This document shows, piece after piece, positions 42,758-52,709 of a stretch of 64,000 nucleotides of DNA (its first letter is position 1; every line of letters begins with the position of its first letter). The DNA comes from Promethearchaeota archaeon (GTDB lineage Archaea > Asgardarchaeota > Lokiarchaeia > Sigyniarchaeales > SOKP01). The DNA is taken from contig JAHPZE010000003.1 of NCBI GenBank assembly GCA_019058365.1, positions 32,001-96,000 of the forward strand, read 5' to 3'. The position numbers were made by a program, and so were the translations under genes. The notes below the pieces were generated by a model. That model searched no databases, was not told the origin of the DNA, and saw only the letters and a program-made list of their open reading frames with translations.

Positions 42758-43876
42758 TTAAGAATTTTTTTCAACATGTGCTAATTCTGCCTTTTTATCC
42801 ATTATCGCCATATAAGTTCCTTTAGTATTTATCGGAGGGATAATTTCTTTTTCTTTTTTATAAAGCTGAATAGCCTCAGAAGTGCAAGTAGGAATACAAG
42901 CACCACACCCAATACACCTCGCTTTATTAACATGAGCAATATTATCTTCAATATAAATAGCGTCCATGTTACACCTATCCTCACAGGTTTCACATCCTAC
43001 ACAGAGATCCTCATCAACAGAAGCATAGAAATTCGTAGCAAAGAACTGAGCCGGTTCTGATAGTCTTTTTTGATTAGTAAGAATTCCACAACAACATCCA
43101 CAACAAGTACAGATGCACATTGGTCTTTGAGAGTTACCTGGCTGTATAACTAAGCCATCCTCTTTAGCTTTCTTTAAAATATTTATAGCTTCTTCTTTAG
43201 TAATTTCTCGTCCCAATCCTTTATCTATATATATTTTTGCTGCGTTTCGAAAGGCAAAACAAGATTCCCGGAGATCTGTTTTTTTACAAGGATCTGCGAC
43301 AAGATCTTTAGCTTGTCTGCAAATACATTCTTGAACTGATATCGGTTCTCCTATATTTTCAATCATTGTTCTTAGCTCGTCATAATTTGAAATTTTTTGC
43401 TCATAAGATATACTTTGTTCTATAGGAATCGTACGTAATTGAGGGATTTTTGTCCTATTAAATTCCGCTAGAAATGCCTCTTCAAAATATTGCATAAAAT
43501 CATGATAAAAATCTTCAGTAAGTCGATTTAGTTGGAATTCATAAAAGCCGATGACTATTGGAGCATTTGCATAATATTTTATTTCCTCATCTCCTTCTTT
43601 AGCTGAACCGAAATTTATAAGCCCTTTTTTCTCCATTTTATCTAGCTCTTGTTCTAATTGCTCAACCGTTATACCACTATTTTTAACCTTTCTATAGATT
43701 TTCTTTAAAGGTAGAGGTTGGAACCCCAGCTTCAATGCCAGTTCTGCTTGCTTTGGAGTAAAAAGATGCTTTAAAATTCGCAGCTCAACACCAGATTCTG
43801 TAGCAGGATATCCAATTGGTAATTTATCTAGATGTTTTTGCAATTCTTGATAGATATCTAAATCCTCATTATTCAT
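42758..43876 (-). CDS. 4Fe-4S ferredoxin-domain protein
   Basis: CICR, ICTCCGCCC and two CxxCxxCxxxC motifs. Confidence 0.88.
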   Translation of the reverse strand: MNNEDLDIYQELQKHLDKLPIGYPATESGVELRILKHLFTPKQAELALKLGFQPLPLKKIYRKVKNSGITVEQLEQELDKMEKKGLINFGSAKEGDEEIKYYANAPIVIGFYEFQLNRLTEDFYHDFMQYFEEAFLAEFNRTKIPQLRTIPIEQSISYEQKISNYDELRTMIENIGEPISVQECICRQAKDLVADPCKKTDLRESCFAFRNAAKIYIDKGLGREITKEEAINILKKAKEDGLVIQPGNSQRPMCICTCCGCCCGILTNQKRLSEPAQFFATNFYASVDEDLCVGCETCEDRCNMDAIYIEDNIAHVNKARCIGCGACIPTCTSEAIQLYKKEKEIIPPINTKGTYMAIMDKKAELAHVEKNS

Positions 43877-44085
43877 ACTAATTTATTATATTCAAATCTT
43901 TTTGAAATTAATCATTAAATGGAATAAGCTTTAAAGTTTAATTTTCCATTTTTAACAATTTCAGCTTAAATTAAGGGAATTTCAAAAAATAGAAAGAAGT
44001 AAAGGTTTAAGCATTTTCAAACCATCTTCTAAAGTTTTAAATAGTTTTACTAGCTCTGCAATTATTCTTCATATTCCAAAATATT

Positions 44086-44769
44086 CTATTTAATCAAAAA
44101 ACCTTTTAATATTGCTATTGTTCCGATGTTAATTGCAATTAAAGCAAAAATTTCAATTATGATTGATCTGAGGAATCCACCAATTAGGTTGATGAACATC
44201 CCAATTATGGCAAAAATAATCCCGACAAAAAACCACTGTACTTTCTTTTTAGTTTTTTCTTCAATTTTTCTTGTTATCATCACGTACTTATATACTACAT
44301 AAATAGACATTATTGTTCTGACAATAGTTATGAAAATAAACCAGTCAGTGGGAGTGTTGGTATCAACAATGCCTTTTTCATATCGATCCATATTTAATTC
44401 TGGTGTCCAGATAAAATATCCAACACTCATTATGAAGAATAGTACTATCATTGATCCGAAGTATTTTAGACTCATTGCAATCTTTTTATATTTCTCTAAG
44501 ATAAAAATCGTCATCACTAAGGAAATAAAGATAAAATTGAAAATTATCTGAGCTGTAATCATAATGGGAATAATAATCTGTGAATTATTAAGTATTAAAT
44601 GGTAAATTGTATATGTTAAAAATCCGAGGGAAGAGGAAATGAAGAATAGAGTAAACCAAATATTTAACAAGTCTTTTGGATTTAATCGCAAAACTCTAAA
44701 TCCAACTGAGAAAGAAATTATAACTGTTATGATTGCTGTAATTATTTTAATTATGTTGTAAAACTCCAT
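44086..44769 (-). CDS. Hypothetical seven-TM membrane protein
   Basis: About seven hydrophobic helices. Confidence 0.7.
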   Translation of the reverse strand: MEFYNIIKIITAIITVIISFSVGFRVLRLNPKDLLNIWFTLFFISSSLGFLTYTIYHLILNNSQIIIPIMITAQIIFNFIFISLVMTIFILEKYKKIAMSLKYFGSMIVLFFIMSVGYFIWTPELNMDRYEKGIVDTNTPTDWFIFITIVRTIMSIYVVYKYVMITRKIEEKTKKKVQWFFVGIIFAIIGMFINLIGGFLRSIIIEIFALIAINIGTIAILKGFLIK

Positions 44770-45089
44770 ATTATATTCTTTTGATACATATTTATAAAAA
44801 GATTTTTACAAAATTAAAAAAAAATAGAATTTTCTGTTATATCTTGTTGCTTGAATAGTAAGTATATAAAAAAACTAGTGTTAGTGAAATCTACCAATCT
44901 TCTCCTGGTTCGTTAATTGATTCAGGTATCTCAATTTCTTTTGTTTTCTTTCCTTCAGAAATCGCCTTTAGTACGGCATTTTTAAAATCTTCAAGAAGGA
45001 CAGTTCTTCTATAATATAATCTTTTCTTACAATAGGGTTATGCCCGGGTATTATGTATTCAATATTAAGGGTTAACATATATTCAAATG

Positions 45090-45294
45090 ATTTTATCAGT
45101 ATCCATATCTCCTGATAATAACTATGTAATCGTAGCTCATTCGATAAGAATATAAGAGTATGGTACTTAGCGACCGGTGACCTTATATTTACACTTAATG
45201 GCACAAAAAAGAAGTAGTAGCAGTTGCTATTTCTTCTGATAGTAAATATATTATCAGTGGTTCAAATGATACAACAATTAAAATATGGGAATGA
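45090..45294 (+). pseudogene. WD40-repeat gene relic
   Basis: SVSISPDNNYV/SSFDKNIRVW and HKKEVVAVAISSDSKYIISGSNDTTIKIWE, broken by frameshifts; no start codon. Confidence 0.7.
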
Positions 45295-45388
45295 TTAAAG
45301 AAGAATTCATAATTGAGGAAAAAATACTAATCGTTTAATTTTAAACTACTCTTTTCATTTATAATATCTAAAAAAAAGAAGAATATAA

Positions 45389-46882
45389 ATGATTGAATAT
45401 ACAATTTCTGAAATACTGAAGTTAATGGAAACGGGGAAGCTTACAGCAAAAGTACTTACAAAAAACTATCTAAAAAGGATTAGCAAAATCGATAAAGCAG
45501 GACCAAAAATTAATTCAATAATTGAAATAAATCCCGATGTATTACAAATAGCGGATGTTCTTGATGAAGAAAGGAAAAATAAAAAGATTCGTGGCCCATT
45601 ACATGGTATTCCCGTTTTAATCAAGGATAATATATCCACTTCAGATAAAATGATGACTACAGCAGGATCGTTAGCTCTTGACGGTTATAGAGCTACTCGA
45701 GATGCTTTTATTGTTAATAAGTTAAGAGAAGCGGGAGCAATAATCTTAGGTAAGACAAATCTTAGTGAATGGGCTAATTTCAGATCTACGCGCTCGACGA
45801 GTGGCTGGAGCAGTCGTGGAGGTCAAACTCTAAATCCATATGTACTTGATCGTAATCCTTGTGGTTCTAGTTCTGGTTCAGCAGTAGCAGTAGCCGCAAA
45901 TCTATGTGTAGGGGCAATTGGTACTGAAACCGATGGTTCAATAATTTGCCCCTCACAAATAAATTCAATAGTTGGAATAAAACCCTCAATCGGGTTGGTT
46001 AGTCGAACTGGAATTATACCAATTTCGCATAATCAAGATACTGCAGGCCCAATGGCACGAACAGTTGAGGATATCGCTACTTTATTGAGTGTGATAGTCG
46101 GGGCTGATCCAGAAGATCCAAGCACTATAATGGATAATAAAGAGATTCCATCTGATTACACCAAATTTTTGGTTATTAATGGATTGCGTGAAGCTAGAAT
46201 TGGTGTTGCTCGTAACTTTTTTGGCAGAAATGAGTATGTAGATCAAGTAATAGAAAAATGTATTAAGAAGATGAAGGAGTTAGGTACTACGATTATAGAT
46301 CCAACTGATTTAACTATAGTGAATGATCTACAAGATCCCGAATATGAAGTTCTTCTATATGATTTCAAACATGATATGAACGAATTTCTAAAGAATAATG
46401 TTCCAGATGATTTTCCTCAAACATTAAATGAGTTAATCCAATATAATAATCAAAATAAAGACACAATTATGCCATATTTTGATCAAGAAATATTTAAAAG
46501 GGCAGAAGAAAAAGGACCTCTCTCAAGTGAAGAATATAAAACAGCTTTGGAAAAATGTCAAAAACTTGCTCGTGAAGAGGGTATTGATAAAGTTATCCAA
46601 GAGAATCAACTTGATGCTATTGTTGCTCCCAGCGGAGGTCCCGCATGGTTTATTGATTATATTAACGGGGACCATTCTACAGGAGGAAGTTCGTCCCCCT
46701 CTGCTGTTGCAGGTTATCCAAATATAACTATTCCCGCTGGTTATGTGTTTGGACTTCCAATTGGGATTTCATTTATTGGGGGATTATTTCAAGAACCAGT
46801 TCTTCTTAAATTGGCATATGCATTTGAACAAGCATCTAAAGTATGGCAACCGCCAAACTATCGAAAAACACTTAAAATTTAA
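45389..46882 (+). CDS. Amidase signature family protein
   Basis: PLHGIPVLIKDNI, GKTNLSEWA, GSSSGS and GTETDGSI. Confidence 0.93.
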   Translation: MIEYTISEILKLMETGKLTAKVLTKNYLKRISKIDKAGPKINSIIEINPDVLQIADVLDEERKNKKIRGPLHGIPVLIKDNISTSDKMMTTAGSLALDGYRATRDAFIVNKLREAGAIILGKTNLSEWANFRSTRSTSGWSSRGGQTLNPYVLDRNPCGSSSGSAVAVAANLCVGAIGTETDGSIICPSQINSIVGIKPSIGLVSRTGIIPISHNQDTAGPMARTVEDIATLLSVIVGADPEDPSTIMDNKEIPSDYTKFLVINGLREARIGVARNFFGRNEYVDQVIEKCIKKMKELGTTIIDPTDLTIVNDLQDPEYEVLLYDFKHDMNEFLKNNVPDDFPQTLNELIQYNNQNKDTIMPYFDQEIFKRAEEKGPLSSEEYKTALEKCQKLAREEGIDKVIQENQLDAIVAPSGGPAWFIDYINGDHSTGGSSSPSAVAGYPNITIPAGYVFGLPIGISFIGGLFQEPVLLKLAYAFEQASKVWQPPNYRKTLKI

Positions 46883-46921
46883 TTAGCTATGAATCATTTC
46901 TCGTCACCGGAATTAAACTAA

Positions 46922-47728
46922 TCATAAAATTTTGCAGTTAAGGTATTTTTTCAGAGCCGATTTACGTATACCCATTGCTAAAGCCCTATTTTCTTCTCCT
47001 GGGATAAATATGACATTTTTGCTTTTAACTGCATTCAGTGAGAGTGTAACTACCTCTTCCGCAGTCATCCATGGCACTTTAGAAAAGGATTCACGACTAA
47101 ACCCTCCCATAGAATTTGTATCATGAAATTCTGAATAGGTGAAACCAGGGCACAAAGCTTGAATATAAATTCTGGGGTTTCTCACATTTGAACTTAATAA
47201 TTCAGAAAAAATAGCAAGTGCGGCTTTAGTAGAAGAGTACATAACACTCGTTCTAGCTATGGCTGACATTGAAGCGGTATTTATTATTACTCCTTTTCTT
47301 CTTTTTGTCATTTCTTGTATTGCGGCATGACATAACATTACGGGACTAGTGTAATGTACATTAATCATATCAATATTCTGCTTATTTTCTCTTTCAATAA
47401 ATGGTATAATGATTCCATAACCGGCGTTGTTTATGAGAATATCAAGATTATCCGCCTCTAATATTTTAGAAGCAACTTTTTCTGTATCATTCAGATTTGA
47501 TAAATCAGCAATTAATACTTCTGCCTTAATAGAAAATTTTGCACTAAGTTCTTGACTTAGTTTCTCTAGCTTATTTTTTCTCCTAGCCACTAAGATTAAA
47601 TCAAATCCTTGCTCAGCTAGTTGACGAGCAAATTCTGCTCCAATTCCCGATGAAGCACCCGTTATTAAAGCGCTTCCAAGATTAACCCAATTCATAAAAT
47701 TCTCTTTATTATTCATAATTTCTACCAC
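46922..47728 (-). CDS. Short-chain dehydrogenase/reductase
   Basis: TGASSGIG, NNAG and YSSTK. Confidence 0.92.
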   Translation of the reverse strand: MVEIMNNKENFMNWVNLGSALITGASSGIGAEFARQLAEQGFDLILVARRKNKLEKLSQELSAKFSIKAEVLIADLSNLNDTEKVASKILEADNLDILINNAGYGIIIPFIERENKQNIDMINVHYTSPVMLCHAAIQEMTKRRKGVIINTASMSAIARTSVMYSSTKAALAIFSELLSSNVRNPRIYIQALCPGFTYSEFHDTNSMGGFSRESFSKVPWMTAEEVVTLSLNAVKSKNVIFIPGEENRALAMGIRKSALKKYLNCKIL

Positions 47729-47863
47729 TATTCCAATTTTAATTTCAATTATAGATTTCTTTAATAAATATCTAAAGTAATGATTTAAGGAATACTTTTA
47801 CATTTTTGAATTTTAATTTTAAAAACTTATAACTCAAATAACTTTTTAAGTAATTGAGTAATA

Positions 47864-48364
47864 ATGGAAGATTCATTAAAGCAATGGTTATCTGATAATA
47901 AAATTCAATATATCTTACACACGCACCCGGCAGTATTTACTGTTCCTGAGGCTAAAATTCATTGTGGACATATCCCTGGAACTCATTGTAAGAATTTACT
48001 TATCAAAAATAAAAAATCTGGACAACTCTATTTAGTTACCATTCCTCATCAAAAACGTTTAGATTTAAATCAATTCCGTAAAATGATAAATGCTCCAAAA
48101 GTTCGTTTTGCAGGCCCTGAAGAACTTTCTGAAACGTTGGGTATTACACCCGGTGCGGTTTCTCCAATTGGATTAGTTAATGATACCGATGACAAGGTAA
48201 TATTCATTATTGATGAAAGTCTATGGAATGCGAAAGAGTTATGTTGTCATCCAAATGTGAACACCGAAACCTTACAAATCTCCGGAAGAGATTTTCGAAA
48301 ATTAATCAAGGCAACGGGTACATCTATGGAAATTAAAATTCTTCCATATTTAGAGCACTCTTAA
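47864..48364 (+). CDS. YbaK/ProX (PrdX) aminoacyl-tRNA deacylase
   Basis: KNLL, LGITPGAVSP and HPNVNT. Confidence 0.88.
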   Translation: MEDSLKQWLSDNKIQYILHTHPAVFTVPEAKIHCGHIPGTHCKNLLIKNKKSGQLYLVTIPHQKRLDLNQFRKMINAPKVRFAGPEELSETLGITPGAVSPIGLVNDTDDKVIFIIDESLWNAKELCCHPNVNTETLQISGRDFRKLIKATGTSMEIKILPYLEHS

Positions 48365-48429
48365 CTTAAAAATTAAAAAAAAAATGATTGATATGTAATT
48401 CTTAAATTTATTTCTTCTCGTTTTTTTTA

Positions 48430-48810
48430 TTATCTCTCTAAAGCTGCGCTAGCTTTATTTAGATTATCAACTCCAAGAACTATTCTATTATTTTCAGCTA
48501 AATAGATCAAGTCAATATTAACTCCAGCATTACCTATTTTTCGAGCCATCTTTCCCCCAGTGCCGGGTTTTCCTACAACATTCCCGATATCTATAACCAA
48601 TACATCGCGTATAGCCCTTACTTCAAAACCAGCATCTTCGAGTGCCCATTGAGCTGTGGTTTCATCTTCAACCAGAATATGGACGACACCTTCACCTTTT
48701 TGGGGAAATGCACATAATCCTTCCATATTAATGCCATTTTTGCCTAAAGCCTCACCCATATCAGCTAGAGTACCTGGTTTATTTTTCAAAATAACGGTTA
48801 AATCTTTCAT
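48430..48810 (-). CDS. ACT domain protein
   Basis: Tandem NKPGTLA/GIN and KPG/GVNI. Confidence 0.85.
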   Translation of the reverse strand: MKDLTVILKNKPGTLADMGEALGKNGINMEGLCAFPQKGEGVVHILVEDETTAQWALEDAGFEVRAIRDVLVIDIGNVVGKPGTGGKMARKIGNAGVNIDLIYLAENNRIVLGVDNLNKASAALER

Positions 48811-49290
48811 TATTTTATTCCTCCTACTTCTATTTACTTTATTTATTAGATTAGATCTAAATTTGTTATCTCAAGATTTTTTTCCATTGCTTAATTATGT
48901 CTTTTCCCTATTTAAGCTTTCTTTTAAATTTTCTAAAATACCCAGATTACATTATAAACGATCCCAATATCCTAAAGCTTTAAAATTATTTGAAGACGCA
49001 ATTCAGATTTTAGATAACCTTAAAATGAGCGTTGAGCCTATAACTGAAACTCTTAAAGAAAATATTGAATTTATCAAAAATGAGATGGAAAAAAAGCCAA
49101 TTAATTAATCAAAAATATCGAAGCTTGTGAATATACTCTTTTTTATTATATCTCTTTTTAGATCACTGCAGAAATGTAAAAATAATCTTAAATATTACCA
49201 AATCATACTAAATTCTTACTATTTTGACTAAGATATTTACCTAAAAACTTTCTGTAATAATTTTAAAATTTTAAAAAAGGGTAAAATTTT

Positions 49291-49308
49291 CCTTTAGAAC
49301 ATACTCCA
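49291..49308 (-). repeat. R9: core motif of the 23S-trailer repeat just 3' of tRNA-Pro
   Basis: + strand TAGAACATACTCC next to an A-tract, same orientation as the other copies. Confidence 0.6.
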
Positions 49309-49311
49309 CTA

Positions 49312-49385
49312 TGGGGTAGGAGGGACTTGAACCCTCGACCTCCTGATCCCGAACCAGGAATCCTACCAAGCTGGACTACCACCCC
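49312..49385 (-). tRNA. tRNA-Pro(CGG), intronless
   Basis: GGGGTGG/CTACCCC, CCTGG-TTCGGGA-TCAGG and GAGGG-TTCAAGT-CCCTC. Confidence 0.95.
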
Positions 49386-49466
49386 ATTTCGAACATTTCT
49401 CGTAATCCTTATACCTTAAACCCATTCCTTTTTCCCAAACTAAAAAAAATAAAAAATTTAAAAACC

Positions 49467-49525
49467 TCTATTATGAACGGACTCTTTCTCATCCCACCTC
49501 AATCCATACAAACCTTACCTTACCG
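49467..49525 (-). repeat. R8: highly degenerate 23S-trailer copy
   Basis: A-tract, then TGAACGGACTC...CTCAATCCATACAAACCTTACC, aligning with 61931-61983. Confidence 0.5.
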
Positions 49526-49568
49526 TTTCAAATAAAATATATATCCTAGGGTTCTTAAATTCTTACTT

Positions 49569-50048
49569 TTACTTTTCATTTATTTGTTTGCCAAATTTAA
49601 TGGCATTTTTTGTTCCGATCCACAATATTTTTCTAAATTTTCTCTGGTTGATTACTTCGGCTCCTGCTTCTTCTACTTTTATTTTCATATATTCTAATGC
49701 TTTTCCACCAGTAAAACGAGCAGTGTTAAATACAATCGCTTTTTTTCCACTAAGATTTCCCATTCTTGCTAAGATTTCATCAAAAGCTTTTGGTGGAAAA
49801 TTTCCATATGTGGGCATACCGAAAATAATTAAATCATAACTTGCAGCATCAAGAATATTCAATTCCGTTTCTATTGCTGAAAAATCTTTATTTTCGAACT
49901 TGTCTAACAATTTTATCTTTTCAATAAATTTCCCGGTTATTTCGACTGGAAAGTAACTCACTTCATGAGTAGCCAGAGCACTCGCAATAGCTTCTGCTGT
50001 TTTTTTCGTTCTTCCTCCCATTGTAAAATATGCAATTAGAATTTTCAT
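49569..50048 (-). CDS. Flavodoxin family protein
   Basis: YFTMGGRTKKTAEAIA and GMPTYG. Confidence 0.85.
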   Translation of the reverse strand: MKILIAYFTMGGRTKKTAEAIASALATHEVSYFPVEITGKFIEKIKLLDKFENKDFSAIETELNILDAASYDLIIFGMPTYGNFPPKAFDEILARMGNLSGKKAIVFNTARFTGGKALEYMKIKVEEAGAEVINQRKFRKILWIGTKNAIKFGKQINEK

Positions 50049-50119
50049 AATAAACAGTAATTTTTGAATAAACTAATTCTTTTGGATTGGTTATAATAAA
50101 AAGAGAAAAATTGTAATAT

Positions 50120-50758
50120 TTAGAATTTCCTTGACTTTCCTTGCAAATCAAAATTTGCTATCATCCCACTTCTATTCTTAAACTCCCAATTTTTTCCAAA
50201 ATCATTATATTTCCAAAAGTGAGTGTTACAAATTTTGAAATCTGAGAGGAACATACCAAAAAGAGAATTTTGAAGTCTTTGAGGATTTTTCCCATCGAGT
50301 CCCGGAGCATAGGATAATTTCATTTCTCCATTAGGCATAGTAATGTGGTAAGTATTTCCTTCTTGATTTAGATTAATATCGACATATTTTATTCCTAAAA
50401 TCTTTTTTAAAAGTATCGCACCAGGTATATTGTTAATAAAAAGAGGTTCTAAATACCTCCTTTGTTCTTCAGTAGTTTTATTACTAATATATAGCCCTCC
50501 TTCTCCACCTTTTGGCAGAACATCAGCAGCTTTATTAGAATATAAATCAATTACATTAATAGCCAATACTCCACTAATATCTACATCTCCAATTTTTCCC
50601 TCATTATATTGGAACAATTGAAATGATTTGCATGGAGTTTCTCTGTCTCTCCCAAAATAATATGAACAGAGCCCCTCTGATGCGCATGCCTCATACCACA
50701 CACCTTTCATACTCCAACTAATTCTCTCACTAATTTCTTTAGCCATTATTTCACCCAT
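50120..50758 (-). CDS. DUF1326-like protein
   Basis: W...G.WYEAC...C..C and G..GDVDISG pattern. Confidence 0.65.
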   Translation of the reverse strand: MGEIMAKEISERISWSMKGVWYEACASEGLCSYYFGRDRETPCKSFQLFQYNEGKIGDVDISGVLAINVIDLYSNKAADVLPKGGEGGLYISNKTTEEQRRYLEPLFINNIPGAILLKKILGIKYVDINLNQEGNTYHITMPNGEMKLSYAPGLDGKNPQRLQNSLFGMFLSDFKICNTHFWKYNDFGKNWEFKNRSGMIANFDLQGKSRKF

Positions 50759-50867
50759 TTAGTTTAATTTTAATTGAATTTTAAATTTTATGGCCTAGCA
50801 TTTATAATTAAGAAGAAACATTTATTAAATCATTCTATAAAACAAAATTAGTTAAAAATAAAAGCTT

Positions 50868-50915
50868 CTACTCAAGAACATACTCCGTCCTTTCTTATCT
50901 CACTATTAAATCCTG
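50868..50915 (-). repeat. R7: 23S-trailer copy
   Basis: A-tract, then CTCAAGAACATACTCCGTCCTTTCTTATCTCA. Confidence 0.8.
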
Positions 50916-51000
50916 CTTTTTCCGCATCTGCAAAATAATTTATTTGTTATCGAAATCAAATTTAAATTTTTTTATTTCTTAAGTATAATTTATAATTACT

Positions 51001-51603
51001 TTGGAGATTATAATGGTAAAAAATAAAATTAGACCTAATCCATATATTTACCCAATGCCTCTAGTTCTAATTGGTGCAAATGTTAATGGTAAAGCAAATT
51101 TCATGCCGCTTGCTTGGATTAGTATGGCAGAACATGAACCTCCTATGATTTCAATATCCTCATCTAAATCTCATTATACAAATAAAGGAATAGTAGAAAA
51201 TCAAACGTTTAGTGTCAATACACCCTCAGAAGATATGATTAAATCCGCAGATTATTGTGGCTTAAAATCTGGCAAAGATATTGATAAATCAAAGATATTT
51301 GAAATTTTTTATGGAGAATTAGGAACAGCACCAATGTTAATAGAGACACCCTTAAACCTTGAATGTAGAGTAGTGAAAATAGTAGACACTAAAGATTTTA
51401 TCGCCCCTGATAAAAGAGGACATTATATTTTTATTGGCGAAATTGTTCAAGCATATTCAGGTGAGGAATATCTTACAAATGGAATCCCTGATATAAAAAA
51501 AATAAATCCATATACACTTACCCAAATCGATGCGAGTTATTGGAAAATTGGTGAAAAAATCGGTAAAGCTTGGAGTATTGGAAAAGATTATTCTACTAAT
51601 TAA
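51001..51603 (+). CDS. Flavin reductase-like family protein
   Basis: YPMP, NFMPLAW, FSVN, LECRV and HYIFIGEI. Confidence 0.88.
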   Translation: MEIIMVKNKIRPNPYIYPMPLVLIGANVNGKANFMPLAWISMAEHEPPMISISSSKSHYTNKGIVENQTFSVNTPSEDMIKSADYCGLKSGKDIDKSKIFEIFYGELGTAPMLIETPLNLECRVVKIVDTKDFIAPDKRGHYIFIGEIVQAYSGEEYLTNGIPDIKKINPYTLTQIDASYWKIGEKIGKAWSIGKDYSTN

Positions 51604-51874
51604 TCTTATATTTTTTTTAATGAATATTAATCCATGTATTTAACTCTCAATTTATAATAAGGATTTAATAGTATCTGAATTATTCATAGTAAGATATACC
51701 AAATTATTAACAAAAAGATCTTTATCTTTTGAATTTTATTTTTCATTTTAATCATCATCTCAAATTCATTAACATTCTTATTTTTATAATCACTGAATTT
51801 TGCTAAAAATACTGAACCAAATTAATCATCCGAAAGATTCTTTATTATTATAGAGAGAATTATCCAATAAAAAT

Positions 51875-52408
51875 TTAATCAGTTCTATGAATTGGTTGAT
51901 CTATTGCCTTTAAATAGTAAATCCTAAAATTTATTCCTTTTAATTTAACCACAACATTAATAAAAATGCCCGGACCCCATTTTGGACCTTCTCGAAATAT
52001 CATCTCATATGTACTCCCATATAGCTTATATTCGTTTGTAGGTAAAGCTGAAATTATTTCTGTACCATATATTAACCATAAACGCTCAAGGCTTATTGTT
52101 GAGGGGAATTCCAAAACACCACTTGCGTGAATTTTAATAACTACTATTAAAGGTTTTCCATCTGGTGGTGAAATTGGCATAAAATCACGCCACATATAGG
52201 TCTCTAAAGAATATGTAATATTCCCTTCATGAATCTCCTCCTGTGCTGTATATATACCAGGTTCAATATAATAATCCCATTTAGGATTTGAATTAGTTCC
52301 GTTAAGATTCACTAAAACACTTATTATACTGAAAGGAATTACAATAATACCTATAATAATTATGATTAATATAATAAAGCTTGAATTCCTCTTCAAGAGT
52401 ATAAACAA
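51875..52408 (-). CDS. Hypothetical protein with an N-terminal membrane anchor
   Basis: Hydrophobic N-terminus followed by a beta-rich domain. Confidence 0.65.
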   Translation of the reverse strand: MFILLKRNSSFIILIIIIIGIIVIPFSIISVLVNLNGTNSNPKWDYYIEPGIYTAQEEIHEGNITYSLETYMWRDFMPISPPDGKPLIVVIKIHASGVLEFPSTISLERLWLIYGTEIISALPTNEYKLYGSTYEMIFREGPKWGPGIFINVVVKLKGINFRIYYLKAIDQPIHRTD

Positions 52409-52507
52409 TCCGTTTCTTAATTTTTATTTACTAAATAGGATTTTTATGTTTTTAAACTTATTTGTCTAAGATTTAAACAATTCAAAAATTAAAAAAAATA
52501 AAATCCT

Positions 52508-52606
52508 TGCTCGTGAACATACTCCTTCCAGCTCTTCTCGTCTCAAACCAAGTATTTCTTCTCATCCATTTCTAAGCTACAAATCCTCATACCCTAAGCT
52601 TGAACT
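52508..52606 (-). repeat. R6: 23S-trailer copy
   Basis: A-tract, then TGCTCGTGAACATACTCC...TCTCAAACCA...CTAAGCTTGAAC. Confidence 0.85.
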
Positions 52607-52709
52607 GTAAATTGTCAGTTTATTCAAAATTTAATGAATTTAAAATCCAAATAATTATATGTACAACTGTAAAAATTATTCATAGAGAATCGAAAATCTA
52701 TTTAGAAAA

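Noticed and set aside
49312-49385. tRNA-Pro as the att site of an integrated element
   Set aside because: No duplicated tRNA 3' end and no integrase found in the window.
51750-51782. Possible extra trailer copy (ATCTCAAATTCATTAACATTCTTA)
   Set aside because: Lacks the core motif; the match could be chance in AT-rich DNA.
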